In this document: positions 1 to 9,774 of the stretch, in pieces
Numbering within the stretch: position 1 is the stretch's first letter
Layout: each line of letters opens with the position of its first letter
Source: Halobellus inordinatus
Lineage (GTDB): Archaea > Halobacteriota > Halobacteria > Halobacteriales > Haloferacaceae
Length of the DNA: 40,000 nucleotides
Direction of reading: 5' to 3'
Assembly (NCBI RefSeq): GCF_024464655.1
Contig: NZ_JANHAV010000003.1
Location: 234,875 to 274,874 of the forward strand
The notes under the pieces: model-generated
The model's database searches: none
Seen by the model: the letters and a program-made list of their open reading frames with translations, nothing else
Told to the model about the DNA's origin: nothing
Translations under genes and position numbers: made by a program

Positions 1-531
1 ACCCGAGGAGTTGCCGATGTCGACGAGGCCGTCGACGACCGACTGACACCCGGTACCCGAGTGGCTCAGGCCGATGCTGGTCGGGAACGGCGGCGTCGCC
101 TGTTGACCGCCCGGCTCGAAGCCGTAGAGGCTCGCGAAGTAGTCGGCGATGCGCATATCCGGCTCGCCGAGCGCCTCCCACCCGGGAACAGTGTTGCCCT
201 CTTCGGGGTTCGAGCCCCAGTATTCACCGTCGTCCGGCGGTGCGTTGGCGTTCCAGTAGGAACTCCCTTTGTTTGCGATCGGGTAGACCGTCGAGGAGCC
301 CTCGGCGGTGAGCATCGAGGGGCCGCTGCTGCCACTCTCGGAGGACGCCGTGTCCTGGCTCGACTGTTCGGTCGGCGTGCTCTCGTCCGCAGCAGCCTCG
401 GTCTCCGCGTCCCCACCGGAGTCCGACTGCCCCGAGCAGCCCGCGAGCCCGGCGGTGCCGACGGCGCCAGACGCAATTAGAAACTTCCGACGTGATACTC
501 GGTCCGCGAGACGGTCTGATTCACGCGTCAT
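1..531 (-). CDS. PstS-family phosphate-binding lipoprotein, 5' part only (gene continues past the left edge)
   Basis: Not in the ORF track because there is no stop inside the window. Minus-strand translation from the ATG (complement of 529-531), in frame to position 1: MTRESDRLADRVSRRKFLIASGAVGTAGLAGCSGQSDSGGDAETEAAADEST...LTAEGSSTVYPIANKGSSYWNAN...GLSHSGTGCQSVVDGLVDIGNSSG. It has a twin-arginine motif (SRRKFL), a lipobox (LAGC), an acidic linker and a GSSTVYP motif, all parallel to the complete PstS at 16636-17688. Confidence 0.7.
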   Translation of the reverse strand, partial: MTRESDRLADRVSRRKFLIASGAVGTAGLAGCSGQSDSGGDAETEAAADESTPTEQSSQDTASSESGSSGPSMLTAEGSSTVYPIANKGSSYWNANAPPDDGEYWGSNPEEGNTVPGWEALGEPDMRIADYFASLYGFEPGGQQATPPFPTSIGLSHSGTGCQSVVDGLVDIGNSSG

Positions 532-718
532 CAACTGGATCGAATCCGTATCGGACAAAAGCGGTTTATAATAGGGGTCTATGCGTCTCCACGCCCGTAC
601 CGAGGGATGGGTTCCGAGCGTAACAGTATAGCCCGCACACACCCGTCTATAGCCCTATATACACCACAGTATGAACGAACGACAGGACGTAAACCGTCTC
701 GCTGGCAACGCGTCGATA

Positions 719-1669
719 ATGACCCGGAAGCGAACGGACGACGAGGACGACGGCGTCGTAGGACTGTCGACGGACGCGGCGGCGGAGGCGATCGTCGCCG
801 CAGGCCCCGAACGCGACCCCGAGACGGTACGGTCGGTGCTCGGCCACGTCACCGACGGCGACCGGGTGACGCGCGATGGGATCGAAGAGACTGTCTCGGA
901 CACCTCGAAGATGCTCGCGACGGCCGAGACGCGCGCCGAACTCGGAGAGATGGCGCTCGACGACGCGCGGGACACCGCCGAGGGCGTCGCAGATCTCGAT
1001 CTCGTCCGCGGGCGCTTGGACCGCTACGAGACGACGCTCGATGAAGTCACCACGCGTGTTCGCGAACTGGGATCCGAGCTTCAGCGCGTCTCGAACCCCG
1101 ATGACGACCCCGACGACCTCTACGAGTCGCTTATCGGACTCCGACGCGTCGCGTCGGGGGCACAGGACGTCCAGCAGCGAGCCGACGAGCTGCAGCTCGA
1201 CATCGAAGACTTCGAGACGTGGCTCACGACGCCCGAGCGGAGACAGAGCGCCCTCGAAGAGGACGTCGACGCCGTCGCGGAGGCGCTCGACGTCATCGCG
1301 CCGGGAGACGATCCTGACGCCGAGACGTGGGTCGACGCGGTCTTGCGCGCCGAACTGACGGGACTGCTCGTCGCCGACGTGCGCGCCGAACTCGACGACC
1401 ACCGGCAACTGAACGCGTGGGACGACGCCGACGGCGAGTGGGTCGACGCGATCGAACGCCGGCTCGACGAGATCGACGCACGCGCCCAGGAACTCGGCGA
1501 CGACCTCGCCGCCACCGCACGGCCCGCGTGGCGTGATCAGTACGGCAACCGGATCGACGCTTTCCGGGCCACGCTCGAATCGGTCGACCCGCCCGTCCCG
1601 TGGGGGGAGGTCCAGGCAGAACTGGAGCGGGCGCGCTCGCTCGACGAGGCGTACCCGCAGTCAGCGTAG
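719..1669 (+). CDS. Acidic hypothetical protein (coiled-coil-like, haloarchaeal composition)
   Basis: ORF 671..1669. It is D/E/A-rich with no wrong-frame Arg bias. The TATATA at 653-658 lies only ~13 nt before ATG 671, so ATG 719 (MTRKRTDDEDD...) is the more plausible start. No family recognised. Confidence 0.55.
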   Translation: MTRKRTDDEDDGVVGLSTDAAAEAIVAAGPERDPETVRSVLGHVTDGDRVTRDGIEETVSDTSKMLATAETRAELGEMALDDARDTAEGVADLDLVRGRLDRYETTLDEVTTRVRELGSELQRVSNPDDDPDDLYESLIGLRRVASGAQDVQQRADELQLDIEDFETWLTTPERRQSALEEDVDAVAEALDVIAPGDDPDAETWVDAVLRAELTGLLVADVRAELDDHRQLNAWDDADGEWVDAIERRLDEIDARAQELGDDLAATARPAWRDQYGNRIDAFRATLESVDPPVPWGEVQAELERARSLDEAYPQSA

Positions 1670-1734
1670 ACGGGACGAGACGGGCCGGCAGGTGTCGGGC
1701 CGTCTTCGGTGGACTGCTCCTCAGATTCGGTGGA

Positions 1735-2364
1735 TCACCCATCGTCTTCGACCTCCACGACGACCTCGTTCCGGCGCATAAACGGCGGTGTCCACGGGTC
1801 GTTGTACCGGAGAAGCGAGGGGTCGCCGACGGGGTCGATGACAGCCCGATCGAGCGCCGCGAGGAGCGCTCGCTCCTGCCGTGCGACCCGCCATCGGGGT
1901 GCGTACCAGGAGAACTGTTTCACGGCGACAGTCCGCTCGGGTTCGGTGGTGAGTGTCACCGTCGACGCCGTCGGTTCCGGCGCAGTGTCGGGACCGTACT
2001 CCGGCGGCAGGTAGAAGGCCATCCGCACCGCGTCGCCGTCGCCGGTCGATTCGGTCCGCACCGGGGCCGTCATCGAGACGGACGCCCCCTGCGTCTCGAC
2101 GGGTGCGGTCATCGAGATCGACGTTTCGCCTTCGTTAGCGCCCGAGATGTATCTGAACAGTCGGCGAAACGCTGTGATCTGATCGGACGCCGTCGTTTCG
2201 GCGAGCACCAACTGCGGATACCGCCGTACTTCGACGCCGTCGAGCGTTCGCACGCGTTCGAACGGGACTGACTCGGCCGACCGGGTCGCGTACAGTCCCC
2301 ACGCGATCCAGCCGGCGAGGACCGCCCCGCCGCCGACGAGCGCGGCTCTGGTGAGTCTTCCCAT
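1735..2364 (-). CDS. SOUL/HEBP heme-binding-domain protein with N-terminal membrane anchor
   Basis: ORF 1735..2676. The internal ATG (complement of 2362-2364) gives MGRLTRAALVGGGAVLAGWIAWGLY (TM segment) followed by FERVRTLDGVEVRRYPQLVLAETT...AFRRLFRYISGANEGETSISMTAPV, the typical SOUL pattern. The ORF upstream of this ATG looks non-coding. An AATTAAT TATA-like box lies ~25 nt upstream. Confidence 0.8.
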   Translation of the reverse strand: MGRLTRAALVGGGAVLAGWIAWGLYATRSAESVPFERVRTLDGVEVRRYPQLVLAETTASDQITAFRRLFRYISGANEGETSISMTAPVETQGASVSMTAPVRTESTGDGDAVRMAFYLPPEYGPDTAPEPTASTVTLTTEPERTVAVKQFSWYAPRWRVARQERALLAALDRAVIDPVGDPSLLRYNDPWTPPFMRRNEVVVEVEDDG

Positions 2365-2502
2365 ACGTACTGTTCGCTCGGCAGACAGATTAATTCCGCC
2401 CCCAAACCGATGCGCAGACGACTCTGACCAGTCGGCTTCGGATGCTCGTGTAAAAAAACTTTCCTGACGAACGTTTATATGTGATGTGCCCCAGGCTGCA
2501 CT

Positions 2503-2763
2503 ATGGCCGGCGTAGAGCCGACGACGTCCGAACGTGTTGTCGAAGCAGTTGCGGAGGCATCCGAGTGCGACGTGTTGGAACTCCCCCCGCTGTACGAGTC
2601 GATCGATCCGGACGCACTCGAGGCACTCGTCGATGCGATGGCGAACGGCGATATTTCGTTCACCTACGCGAATCACCGAGTCACCGTCGATAGCGACGGG
2701 ACAGTCAGCGTCGACGCCGACGTCACAGAGCGCATCGAGAGACTCCCAGCCGACGACGACTAA
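2503..2763 (+). CDS. Stand-alone HalOD1 (halobacterial output domain 1) protein
   Basis: 86-aa acidic ORF. ELPPLYESIDPDALEALVDAM...ISFTYANHRVTVDSDGTVSV fits the HalOD1 signature. A TTTATAT box lies ~25 nt upstream (leaderless-type). The protein ends ...LPADDD. Confidence 0.7.
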   Translation: MAGVEPTTSERVVEAVAEASECDVLELPPLYESIDPDALEALVDAMANGDISFTYANHRVTVDSDGTVSVDADVTERIERLPADDD

Positions 2764-3024
2764 GCGTCTCGGGAATCCGGTCGGGGCCGCTCCCGGTTCC
2801 GGCGACCGCTACGAACAGCGTCGCCGTCGGTGACCGATCTGCTTCGGGCTCAGTTGCACACGCTACTGTAGGCCGTCGTCGACGCTGACGCCACTGACGA
2901 GAGAGGTACAGAGAACGCGCTTTGGATACACGAGTCGCTCTCGAGTGTGAGTATCGCACGAAGTTAGATGGCTGGGGAGTTGGGGCCCCAACCACGGCCG
3001 GTCGGAGACCGACCGTGTGGAAGG

Positions 3025-3098
3025 TGGGCCAACACGGATTTGAACCGTGGACCTCCCGGTTATCAGCCGAGCGCTCAACCTGACTGAGCTATTGGCCC
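3025..3098 (-). tRNA. tRNA-Ile (anticodon GAU)
   Basis: The minus strand folds as GGGCCAA-UA-GCUC-AGUCAGGUU-GAGC-G-CUCGG-CUGAUAA-CCGGG-AGGUC-CACGG-UUCAAAU-CCGUG-UUGGCCC-A. This is a complete 74-nt cloverleaf with anticodon GAU, no intron and no encoded CCA. CTTAAAC (minus strand, 3132-3138) is a TATA-like box upstream. Confidence 0.9.
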
Positions 3099-3244
3099 AG
3101 GCGAGCGCATCTACTCGTTGTTCGATGAGTAGTTTAAGGGTTTCCTTTCGGTAGCGGCTTGCGACGCAGTCACCCGATCAGCGACGGCGAGACGTGACAA
3201 AGGCGGGATCAAAATCAGTCGACAGAATCGGGACGCGCGTGGTC

Positions 3245-3325
3245 ATACTGTCGGACAGACGTTCGTGAATTATGTTCGCACCCACGGGGTGCCGATGATT
3301 TTCACATCGTTCTGTCCGACAGTAT
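3245..3325 (-). other. Compound hairpin: 15-bp perfect inverted repeat enclosing two small inner hairpins (function unknown, possibly a terminator or sRNA)
   Basis: ATACTGTCGGACAGA (3245-3259) is the exact reverse complement of TCTGTCCGACAGTAT (3311-3325). The inner stems are GCACC/GGTGC (3278-3292) and CGATG/CATCG (3293-3309). The element abuts the fxsA stop codon (3325-3327). Confidence 0.6.
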
Positions 3326-3837
3326 CAGGAGTTGTCGTCGCCGGGGCGGCCGTACTCCTCGGGGTCGAGATTCACGACGTCGTCGTCGCCCGGGAAGCCG
3401 CCGACCCAGACGTTCCCCGAGACGAAGCCGCCGGTCTGTTTGTCCAGATACGGCCGGACCACGTAGCGCTTCAGGACGCCGCGGATCGGATAGCGCGTGA
3501 ACGGCAGCGCGAGCGTGAATCCGAGGACGTCGGTGACGATGCCGGGCGTCAGGAGGAACGCCCCCGCGGCGATGAGGAGGCCGCCGTCGAGCAGTTCGTT
3601 CGTCGGAAGCTCGCCCGTCGCGGTCTTCCGCTGGAGTTTCGAGAGCGTGTGGCGGCCCTCGGCCCGGACGAGCAACATCCCGAGGAGCCCCGTGAGGACC
3701 ACGAGAAGTACCGTCGGAACGAAACCGATCGTCGAGGCGACCGGTAACAACAGGAGCGTGTCGGCGAGTGGGATGGCCAACAGGAGCGCGATGACCCAGC
3801 GCGTCTGCATACGCCACCGTTTGGGACCGCCGTTCAT
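3325..3837 (-). CDS. fxsA: FxsA family membrane protein
   Basis: This is the C-terminal 170 codons of ORF 3325..4404, starting at the ATG at complement of 3835-3837 (MNGGPKRWRMQTRWVIALLLAIPLADTLLLL...). It has hydrophobic helices and the FxsA-type motif FLLTPGIVTDVLGFTLALP. The upstream part of the ORF is Arg-rich shadow sequence. An alternative start is the Met at 3810. Confidence 0.8.
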   Translation of the reverse strand: MNGGPKRWRMQTRWVIALLLAIPLADTLLLLPVASTIGFVPTVLLVVLTGLLGMLLVRAEGRHTLSKLQRKTATGELPTNELLDGGLLIAAGAFLLTPGIVTDVLGFTLALPFTRYPIRGVLKRYVVRPYLDKQTGGFVSGNVWVGGFPGDDDVVNLDPEEYGRPGDDNS

Positions 3838-3945
3838 AGCCCTTGTGTCGTGCGGGTCGGCGTCTCGGCGACGAAAGTTGTGAGCGCGGCGGTGCGAGTG
3901 AACGTGCCTCGAAGGGCTTACCCGCCGGCACGTCGGAGCACAGGT

Positions 3946-5664
3946 ATGACCGACGACCGGACGCACGTCGAGTGGCGCGAGTGGGGTCCCGCGCCGTTCG
4001 AGGAGGCTCGCGCGGCCGACCGCCCCGTCCTCCTCGCGCTCACCGCCACGTGGTGTGACAGCTGTCACGAGATGGACGCCGAGACGTACGCCGAGCCGCG
4101 GATCGCCGCCAACGTCAACGACGGCTTCGTGCCGGTTCGCGTTGACGTCGACCGCCGACCGCGCGTCCGCGAGCGATACAATATGGGCGGCTTTCCCTCG
4201 ACGGTCTTCTGTACGCCGTCGGGGAAGGTCATCACGGGCGCGACGTACCTCGGTCCCGACGGGATGCGGCAGGTACTCGCTTCCGTTCGCGACGTCTGGG
4301 CGGACCGCGGCGAGGACGCCGGGCGGATCCCGCGCGCGCTGGCCGGCAATCCGACGCCTGCAGGTGCGGTCGACGAGCGAATCGAAGCGCACCTCGCCGG
4401 CCAACTCGACGAGAAGTGGGATCCGCGATTCGCCGGCTGGGGCGACGGCGCGAAGTTCCCGCTGCCGCGGACGATCGAGTTCGCCCTGAAGCGGGCGCGC
4501 GAGCAGGCCACTGAGACGCTCGGCGTCGTTAGCGAATCGCTATACGACCACGACGCTGGCGGGTTCTACCGCTACGCCGAGGGTCGCGATTGGACAGACC
4601 CGCACCGAGAGAAAGTGCTCGACGCGAACGCCGCCCTCATTCGAGCCTTCGCGAACGGCTACCTCTACACCGGCGACGAGACGCTGCTCGACCCCGCCTA
4701 CGGGACGCGGGACTTCCTCGTCGACCGCCTCTGGAACGGCACCGCCTTCGGCGGGAGCGTCGCCCCGGACGACGACTCGAACGGCGACGGTGACGACGAC
4801 GGGTTCGGACCGCGCCGCGATCTGACGGCCTTCGCCGGTGGCAACGCCCTGACTGCGGACGCGTTCCTCACCCTCGCGGGCTACACCGACGACGAGACGT
4901 CGCGGGAGTACGCCGAACGCGTCCTCGACGCGCTCGCGGCCGATTTCGTCGACGACGACGGCGTCGTCTCTCACTTCGATCCGGCCGCAGGGACTGACGA
5001 ATCCGCCGACGAAAGCGACGGGGCAGTCCCCGAACTACTCTTAGAAGATCAGGCGCGCGCCGTCGCAGCTTTCACGCGCGCGCGGCAGGTCCTCGGCCCG
5101 GACGCGCTCGCGACCGAAGACGGTCCGCTCGAACTGGCGCGCCGCATCGCCGACGTCGCCATCGAGGAACTCCAGGAATCCGACGGCGCGTTCCGCGACG
5201 GCCCCGACGTGGACGTCGGCCTGCTCGACGAACCCCTGCGCCCGCTCGACGGCGGCGTCGAGATGGCGGATGCGCTGGTGGACCTTGCCGCGCTGCTCGA
5301 TCAGACGGCCGACTCCGACGACGAAACAGGTCAGGGCGACCGCTACGCCGACGCGGCCCACGACGCCGTCGCCGCCTTCGCCGGCGCGTGGGACCGGATC
5401 GGCGTCCAGGTCGCCGGCTACGGTGCCGTGACCGCTCGACTCGTCCGTCCCGACCTCGTGATCGGCGTCGGCGACGCCGCCGGCGCGGACCTCCACCGCG
5501 CGGCCCTCCGCGTGGCCGACCACGAGGCGGTCGTCGTTCCGGACGCGCCGGCCGTCTCCGCCGGGACGGCCACTGTACGCCGAGGCGCGGAAACGCGCGA
5601 GGCGACCACGCCCGAGGAGTTGATGCGGGCCGTTTCGGCGCTCACCGACGGCACACAGGGGTAG
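3946..5664 (+). CDS. Thioredoxin-domain protein (DUF255/YyaL-like, thioredoxin fold plus alpha-toroid domain)
   Basis: ORF 3850..5664. ATG 3946 gives MTDDRTHVEWREWGPAPFEEARAADRPVLLALTATWCDSCHEMDAETY...FVPVRVDVDRRPRVRERY, the typical DUF255 N-terminus, followed by ...KFPLPRTIEFAL...DHDAGGFYRYA. Confidence 0.8.
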   Translation: MTDDRTHVEWREWGPAPFEEARAADRPVLLALTATWCDSCHEMDAETYAEPRIAANVNDGFVPVRVDVDRRPRVRERYNMGGFPSTVFCTPSGKVITGATYLGPDGMRQVLASVRDVWADRGEDAGRIPRALAGNPTPAGAVDERIEAHLAGQLDEKWDPRFAGWGDGAKFPLPRTIEFALKRAREQATETLGVVSESLYDHDAGGFYRYAEGRDWTDPHREKVLDANAALIRAFANGYLYTGDETLLDPAYGTRDFLVDRLWNGTAFGGSVAPDDDSNGDGDDDGFGPRRDLTAFAGGNALTADAFLTLAGYTDDETSREYAERVLDALAADFVDDDGVVSHFDPAAGTDESADESDGAVPELLLEDQARAVAAFTRARQVLGPDALATEDGPLELARRIADVAIEELQESDGAFRDGPDVDVGLLDEPLRPLDGGVEMADALVDLAALLDQTADSDDETGQGDRYADAAHDAVAAFAGAWDRIGVQVAGYGAVTARLVRPDLVIGVGDAAGADLHRAALRVADHEAVVVPDAPAVSAGTATVRRGAETREATTPEELMRAVSALTDGTQG

Positions 5665-5730
5665 TTCCGAGAACGCTCGCGGCGTGTAAACCTCCGATTC
5701 GTTTTTATTCGTGGGCTTGGAGAGTGAGGT

Positions 5731-6552
5731 ATGGCGAGTCTGAGGGACCTCGGGTTGTCCGAATACGAAGCGCGTGCGTATCGGTCGTTACTCCGGACGG
5801 GAGCGACAACCGCCAAAGAGTTGTCGCGAGCGAGCGACGTGCCGATGGGCCGGATCTACGACGTTCTGAACAGCCTCGAACAGCACAATCTGGTTCGGAG
5901 TCAGGCGGCGAGCCGACCGAAGAAGTACGTCGCCGTCGAACCCGACACGGCGCTCGATCGACTCTTAGAGAACAAACGGCGAGAGCTTCGCGAGAAAGCC
6001 GAGCAGTACGAGAGCGTCGTCGACGACCTCACAGACGAACTGGAGACCGCAGAGCCGGTCGAAAGCCAGTTCTGGACGGCTGCGGTGGGGACCGAGGAGT
6101 CCGTCGAACTCCTCGTCGAGCGCCTCGCGGCCGCGGACGACTCGCTGGTGGTCGTCGCGGGCGCCGTATCCCCACAGTTCGATCTGGGTGCGGTCGGAAA
6201 GCGCGTCGTCGAGGAACTGGAGGCTGCGCTGGACCGCGGGGTCGACGTGTCCGTACTGATGGCGCCGGAACTCGTCGAATCGCTGCCCGAGAGCGTCGGC
6301 GAGCGCTACACCCAGCGGCTGGCGAATCATCCCGCATTCTCAGTTCGAACGGCCCCTGGACTCTCCGGGACGTTCGAGCTCATCGACGACGTGGAAGTCT
6401 GTATCGAGGTCCCGAACCCGCTGGATCCCGCCCAGGCGTTCGCGATGATCGACCTGAAAGACCCCGACTTCGCGGCTGACGTGCGCGAGATGTTCGACCC
6501 GCAGTGGGAGGCCGCCGAACCGCTCGCGTTGTCGTCACTCGGCGGCGAGTAG
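5731..6552 (+). CDS. TrmB family transcriptional regulator
   Basis: The N-terminus LRDLGLSEYEARAYRSLLRTGATTAKELSRASDVPMGRIYDVLNSLEQHNLV is the TrmB winged-helix signature. It is followed by a coiled linker and a TrmB-type C-terminal domain. A TTTTTATT box lies ~30 nt upstream. Confidence 0.85.
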   Translation: MASLRDLGLSEYEARAYRSLLRTGATTAKELSRASDVPMGRIYDVLNSLEQHNLVRSQAASRPKKYVAVEPDTALDRLLENKRRELREKAEQYESVVDDLTDELETAEPVESQFWTAAVGTEESVELLVERLAAADDSLVVVAGAVSPQFDLGAVGKRVVEELEAALDRGVDVSVLMAPELVESLPESVGERYTQRLANHPAFSVRTAPGLSGTFELIDDVEVCIEVPNPLDPAQAFAMIDLKDPDFAADVREMFDPQWEAAEPLALSSLGGE

Positions 6553-6588
6553 CGTCAAAAATCCGGGCGAACGTCAGCCAGTCGGTTG

Positions 6589-7518
6589 CTACTGGTTGTC
6601 GACTTCCGCCCGAAGCTGTTCGAGCGTAACCTCGCGCTCGGCGTGGGCGTTGTGCTGGTGGATCGACTCGTCGTTGGACTGCTTCATATGGACGACGGCG
6701 TCGTCGTCTAAGTGGTCGAACTCCTCGACGACCTGTTCGGCCATCGAGCGGACGCAGTCTTCGACGAACTTCGCGTCCGCGTGCGCCTGATACGTCATGT
6801 GGTCCTCGTCCGGGCGCTTCGCGAGGTTGTAGATCCGCGCGGACATCGAGTCGCGAGCCAGCTCTGCGATCTCCCGGAGGTCGACGTCGGGCGAGCCGTC
6901 GGCGGTGATCGTGAGCGTCGCGTGGCCGCGCTGGGAGTGACCGGGCTGGGGGACCGTATCGAGGAACTCCTCGATGGTCCCGTCGTCGACTTGCAGGTCC
7001 TGCAGAACCTCGCGGGCGCGAGAGGCCGACATCCCCTGTGAGCAGGGACAGACGGTCATCCCCGTCACTTCCGCACCGATCTCCTCGCGAGTGCCCTCGT
7101 CGGTCGCCGTCGCGCTGGCGACGATAGTGATCGTGCTCTGTGTCGGGAGACCGCTCGCCGGCGTGTCCTCGCGGATGACGTAGTCGGCCGTCATCCGCAC
7201 CTCCGCGGTCGATGTGTAATCGTGCTTCGCGAGGAGACGTTCGGCCGCGTCGCCACACATGTCTTCGACGCGGTAGGCGGGCTCCGAGACGGCCGCTTCG
7301 AGAGTCTCGTCGATGACCTGCATATTCCGACTCATATCGATCCCCTTCCGACCGCTCGGGAGGTCGACGAACACCTCGAACTCCGCCATCAGAACGAGCG
7401 GTCGTTTGCCGTCGCGGGCGATCTTCACTAGTTTGTCGACGCCCGTGACGCCGACCTGACTTAACCCGACGGTTACGTCGGGCTGGCTCGCTTGCACGTC
7501 AGGAAGCTGGTGACTCAT
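6589..7518 (-). CDS. mptA: GTP cyclohydrolase, FolE2/MptA (GCYH-IB/IV) family
   Basis: ORF 6589..7701. The ATG at complement of 7516-7518 gives [33 protein letters not shown]...GIDMSRN...MTVCPCSQ...[11 protein letters not shown], hallmark motifs of the FolE2/MptA family. The FolE2-versus-MptA assignment cannot be made by eye. Confidence 0.85.
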   Translation of the reverse strand: MSHQLPDVQASQPDVTVGLSQVGVTGVDKLVKIARDGKRPLVLMAEFEVFVDLPSGRKGIDMSRNMQVIDETLEAAVSEPAYRVEDMCGDAAERLLAKHDYTSTAEVRMTADYVIREDTPASGLPTQSTITIVASATATDEGTREEIGAEVTGMTVCPCSQGMSASRAREVLQDLQVDDGTIEEFLDTVPQPGHSQRGHATLTITADGSPDVDLREIAELARDSMSARIYNLAKRPDEDHMTYQAHADAKFVEDCVRSMAEQVVEEFDHLDDDAVVHMKQSNDESIHQHNAHAEREVTLEQLRAEVDNQ

Positions 7519-7642
7519 TGTCACACGGGAAGGACGCAGTTTGATTAACGCTTTCGTTAGCCGAAGTTTGAGAGTGAAGTTCCCGACGCCGCGTCGGGTA
7601 GAGGCGGTTCCGTCGCGTTCCGTCTCCCGACGAAAGCGCCGC

Positions 7643-8080
7643 CTACGGCCAGTCGTCGCGCCCGCTGGACTCGAAGGGATCTTCCTCCTCGTCGGCGTCA
7701 CCAGCGAGTTGCCAGCCGGCCGCTTCGGCCGCCTGTTCGAGCGGGAGGTACTCCCAGCCGGCCGCCTCGGCGACGTCGGCGTCCGCGTCGGTGGTTCCGA
7801 CCAGGACGTGTCGGTCGGTGTCGAACTGCGCTTTCACGTTTTCGAGGCTCTCGCGAACGCCTCGCGGCCCCGAGAAGAAGTCCTGTCGGACCCGGTGCTT
7901 CCGCGTGAAGTTCGTGACGACGTAGGTGGGCTTCTCACTCACGACGCCGACGTACTCGGTCCACTGACGGGCGTCGTTGAACACGGCATTCGGGTCCGCG
8001 AGGCCGCGAAGTGCCTCTAACTCGAACGCCAGCGTCATATCGGCGTCGCCGCCGGGGCCACCCGAGGGCTCGTCGCTCAT
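7643..8080 (-). CDS. Conserved-looking acidic hypothetical protein
   Basis: 145-aa ORF with haloarchaeal acidic composition (…[42 protein letters not shown]…). No family recognised. The start could also be the Met at residue 15. Confidence 0.55.
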   Translation of the reverse strand: MSDEPSGGPGGDADMTLAFELEALRGLADPNAVFNDARQWTEYVGVVSEKPTYVVTNFTRKHRVRQDFFSGPRGVRESLENVKAQFDTDRHVLVGTTDADADVAEAAGWEYLPLEQAAEAAGWQLAGDADEEEDPFESSGRDDWP

Positions 8081-8141
8081 ACCTGCCCCTATCGCCTACC
8101 CGCCGAAAACTGCATCGGTCCCCCACAGTCGAGAGCGAAGA

Positions 8142-8372
8142 TCAGATGATGCGGTAGTACTCGGTGAAGCGAACGACGTCGCCGGTCGCGAGTCCGGCAG
8201 CGTCGACTGCGCGGTCAGATCCGGACACTGCGTCGAGGAACTCCCGACGAGCGGCCGGCGTGAGCTGATCGAGGTCTCGGACGTGGTCGGTCGGACCGAC
8301 GTCTGACGGGTCGCACTCGACGACGACGGTTGCGACGTCCGCACCCCCCGAGCCGCCAATAGATCGTGACAT
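8142..8372 (-). CDS. Small acidic hypothetical protein (76 aa)
   Basis: ORF 8142..8399. The first 9 codons lie in an AT-rich promoter-like stretch, so the ATG at complement of 8370-8372 (MSRSIGGSGGADVATVVVECDPSDVGP...) is preferred. Coding-like composition, no family recognised. Confidence 0.45.
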   Translation of the reverse strand: MSRSIGGSGGADVATVVVECDPSDVGPTDHVRDLDQLTPAARREFLDAVSGSDRAVDAAGLATGDVVRFTEYYRII

Positions 8373-8529
8373 ATGGTACCAATATACATTGTAGATCATA
8401 AAGATTTTGGGCAGGTGACAGACCGGTGGGTCCGGCCAGCAGAGGTCGCGGCCGAAACCGTCGCGTAGAGCGACGGACAGCAGTGGAAAAGAGAGCGTGT
8501 AGAACGCGACTGGGGTCCGTCTGTTACCG

Positions 8530-9774
8530 TTACTCGGCGGGCGTCTCTTCGAGGTCGAGTTCGTCGATCTCGAAGTTCTGCTGCATCAGGACGTCTTTCT
8601 GATCGGCGACGTCGCGCCGTTCGCGCATCAGCTTCTTGTACTTCGACTGCGGCGAGAGGTCGCCGATGAGGACGCCGCCGACGATCTGGCCGTCTTTGAA
8701 CGCCAGGCGCCGCCACTCGGTGTCGGAGTACTTCGCTTCGGCCTCGTCGTCGCCCAGAGTCGGATGCCCGAAGGAGAGGAACGGGAAGTCGAAGTGGGTG
8801 ATCGAGTACGAGGAGACCCACTCGAAGGGCTCGGAGCCGTAGTCGACCATATTCTGCGCGGCGATCGTCCCCTGCTCTTTCGCGGAGCCCCACGCGCCGT
8901 TCTGCGCGCGCTCGCCGAGGATGAGGTCGTTGAACTCGGTGATGTCGCCGGCGGCGAAGATGTCCTCGTGGTTCGTCTGCATATACTCGTCGACGACGAT
9001 GCCGTCGTTGCACTCGATCGGCGTGTCCTGCAGGATCTCCGTGTTGAAGTTCAGCCCGATCGCGATGCCGACGAAGTCGGCGTCGTACTCGTCGCCGTTG
9101 GGGTCGACGGCGGTCGTCACGCGACCGTCCTCGTCGGTCTCGAAGTGATCGACGCCGGACTGGAAGACTGGCTCGACGTCGCGCTCTCGCAGCGCGTCGT
9201 GGATGATCTCTGCGCCCTCTTCGGAGAGCGCGTAGCGCCACCAGCAGTCACCGCGCATCAGGTACTTGCCTTCGACGTCCTGGGCGGCCGTGATCGCGGC
9301 GAGGTCGATCCCGAGCAGGCCCGCCCCGACGATGACGGAGCTGTCGGCCTGTTCCATGTGGGATTTGATCGCGCGGGCGTCCTGGAACGTCCAGAAGTGG
9401 TGGACGCCGTCGGCGTCGGAGTTGTCGACCGGGAGCTGTGTCGGCGTCCCGCCGGTCGCGATCAGCAGTTTGTCCCAGGCGTACTCCTCGCCCTCGTGGG
9501 TCTCGACGGTGTGGCCGTCGACGTCGATATCGACGACGAGCGTGTTGAGTTGGAGGTCGATGTCGCGCTCGTCGTACCACGATTCGTCGTGGATGGAGAT
9601 CGGCGCTTCGGGGAGTTTCCCCTTGGCGAACTCCTTGATCAAGATCCGATTGTACAGGGCCTCGCCCTCGTCCGTGATGACGGTGATCTCGGCGTCGGGT
9701 TGCTCCTCGCGGAGGGTCTCGGCGGCGGAACTGCCGGCGACACCGTCGCCGATGATCACGTACGACTGAGTCAT
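8530..9774 (-). CDS. FAD-dependent pyridine-nucleotide-disulfide oxidoreductase family protein (ferredoxin/rubredoxin-reductase-like)
   Basis: 414 aa. N-terminal YVIIGDGVAGSSAAETL (GxGxxG FAD site), a second Rossmann motif VIVGAGLLGIDLA, and FAAGDI near the C-terminal third. Confidence 0.85.
   Translation of the reverse strand: MTQSYVIIGDGVAGSSAAETLREEQPDAEITVITDEGEALYNRILIKEFAKGKLPEAPISIHDESWYDERDIDLQLNTLVVDIDVDGHTVETHEGEEYAWDKLLIATGGTPTQLPVDNSDADGVHHFWTFQDARAIKSHMEQADSSVIVGAGLLGIDLAAITAAQDVEGKYLMRGDCWWRYALSEEGAEIIHDALRERDVEPVFQSGVDHFETDEDGRVTTAVDPNGDEYDADFVGIAIGLNFNTEILQDTPIECNDGIVVDEYMQTNHEDIFAAGDITEFNDLILGERAQNGAWGSAKEQGTIAAQNMVDYGSEPFEWVSSYSITHFDFPFLSFGHPTLGDDEAEAKYSDTEWRRLAFKDGQIVGGVLIGDLSPQSKYKKLMRERRDVADQKDVLMQQNFEIDELDLEETPAE

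Noticed and set aside
647-1408. 253-aa antisense ORF opposite the 719-1669 gene. Similar mirror ORFs are 8764-9801(+), 10739-12172(-), 16780-17514(+), 29943-31304(+), 33955-34950(-) and 35825-36922(+).
   Set aside because: Their Val/Arg/Gly/Asp-rich mirror composition is typical of the antisense strand of acidic haloarchaeal genes. The opposite-strand genes carry diagnostic motifs.
2979-2992. 14-bp perfect palindrome GTTGGGGCCCCAAC 33 nt downstream of the tRNA 3' end.
   Set aside because: It is real, but it is short, GC-rich and has no loop, so it can form a stem of at most ~5 bp. It is likely a chance or restriction-site-like palindrome and I can support no function.
2764-3324. tRNA-Ile as an integration hotspot, that is, flanking integrated element, att duplication or integrase.
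   Set aside because: There is no direct repeat of the tRNA 3' half anywhere in the window, no integrase or transposase ORF, and the flanking genes are ordinary haloarchaeal housekeeping-type genes.
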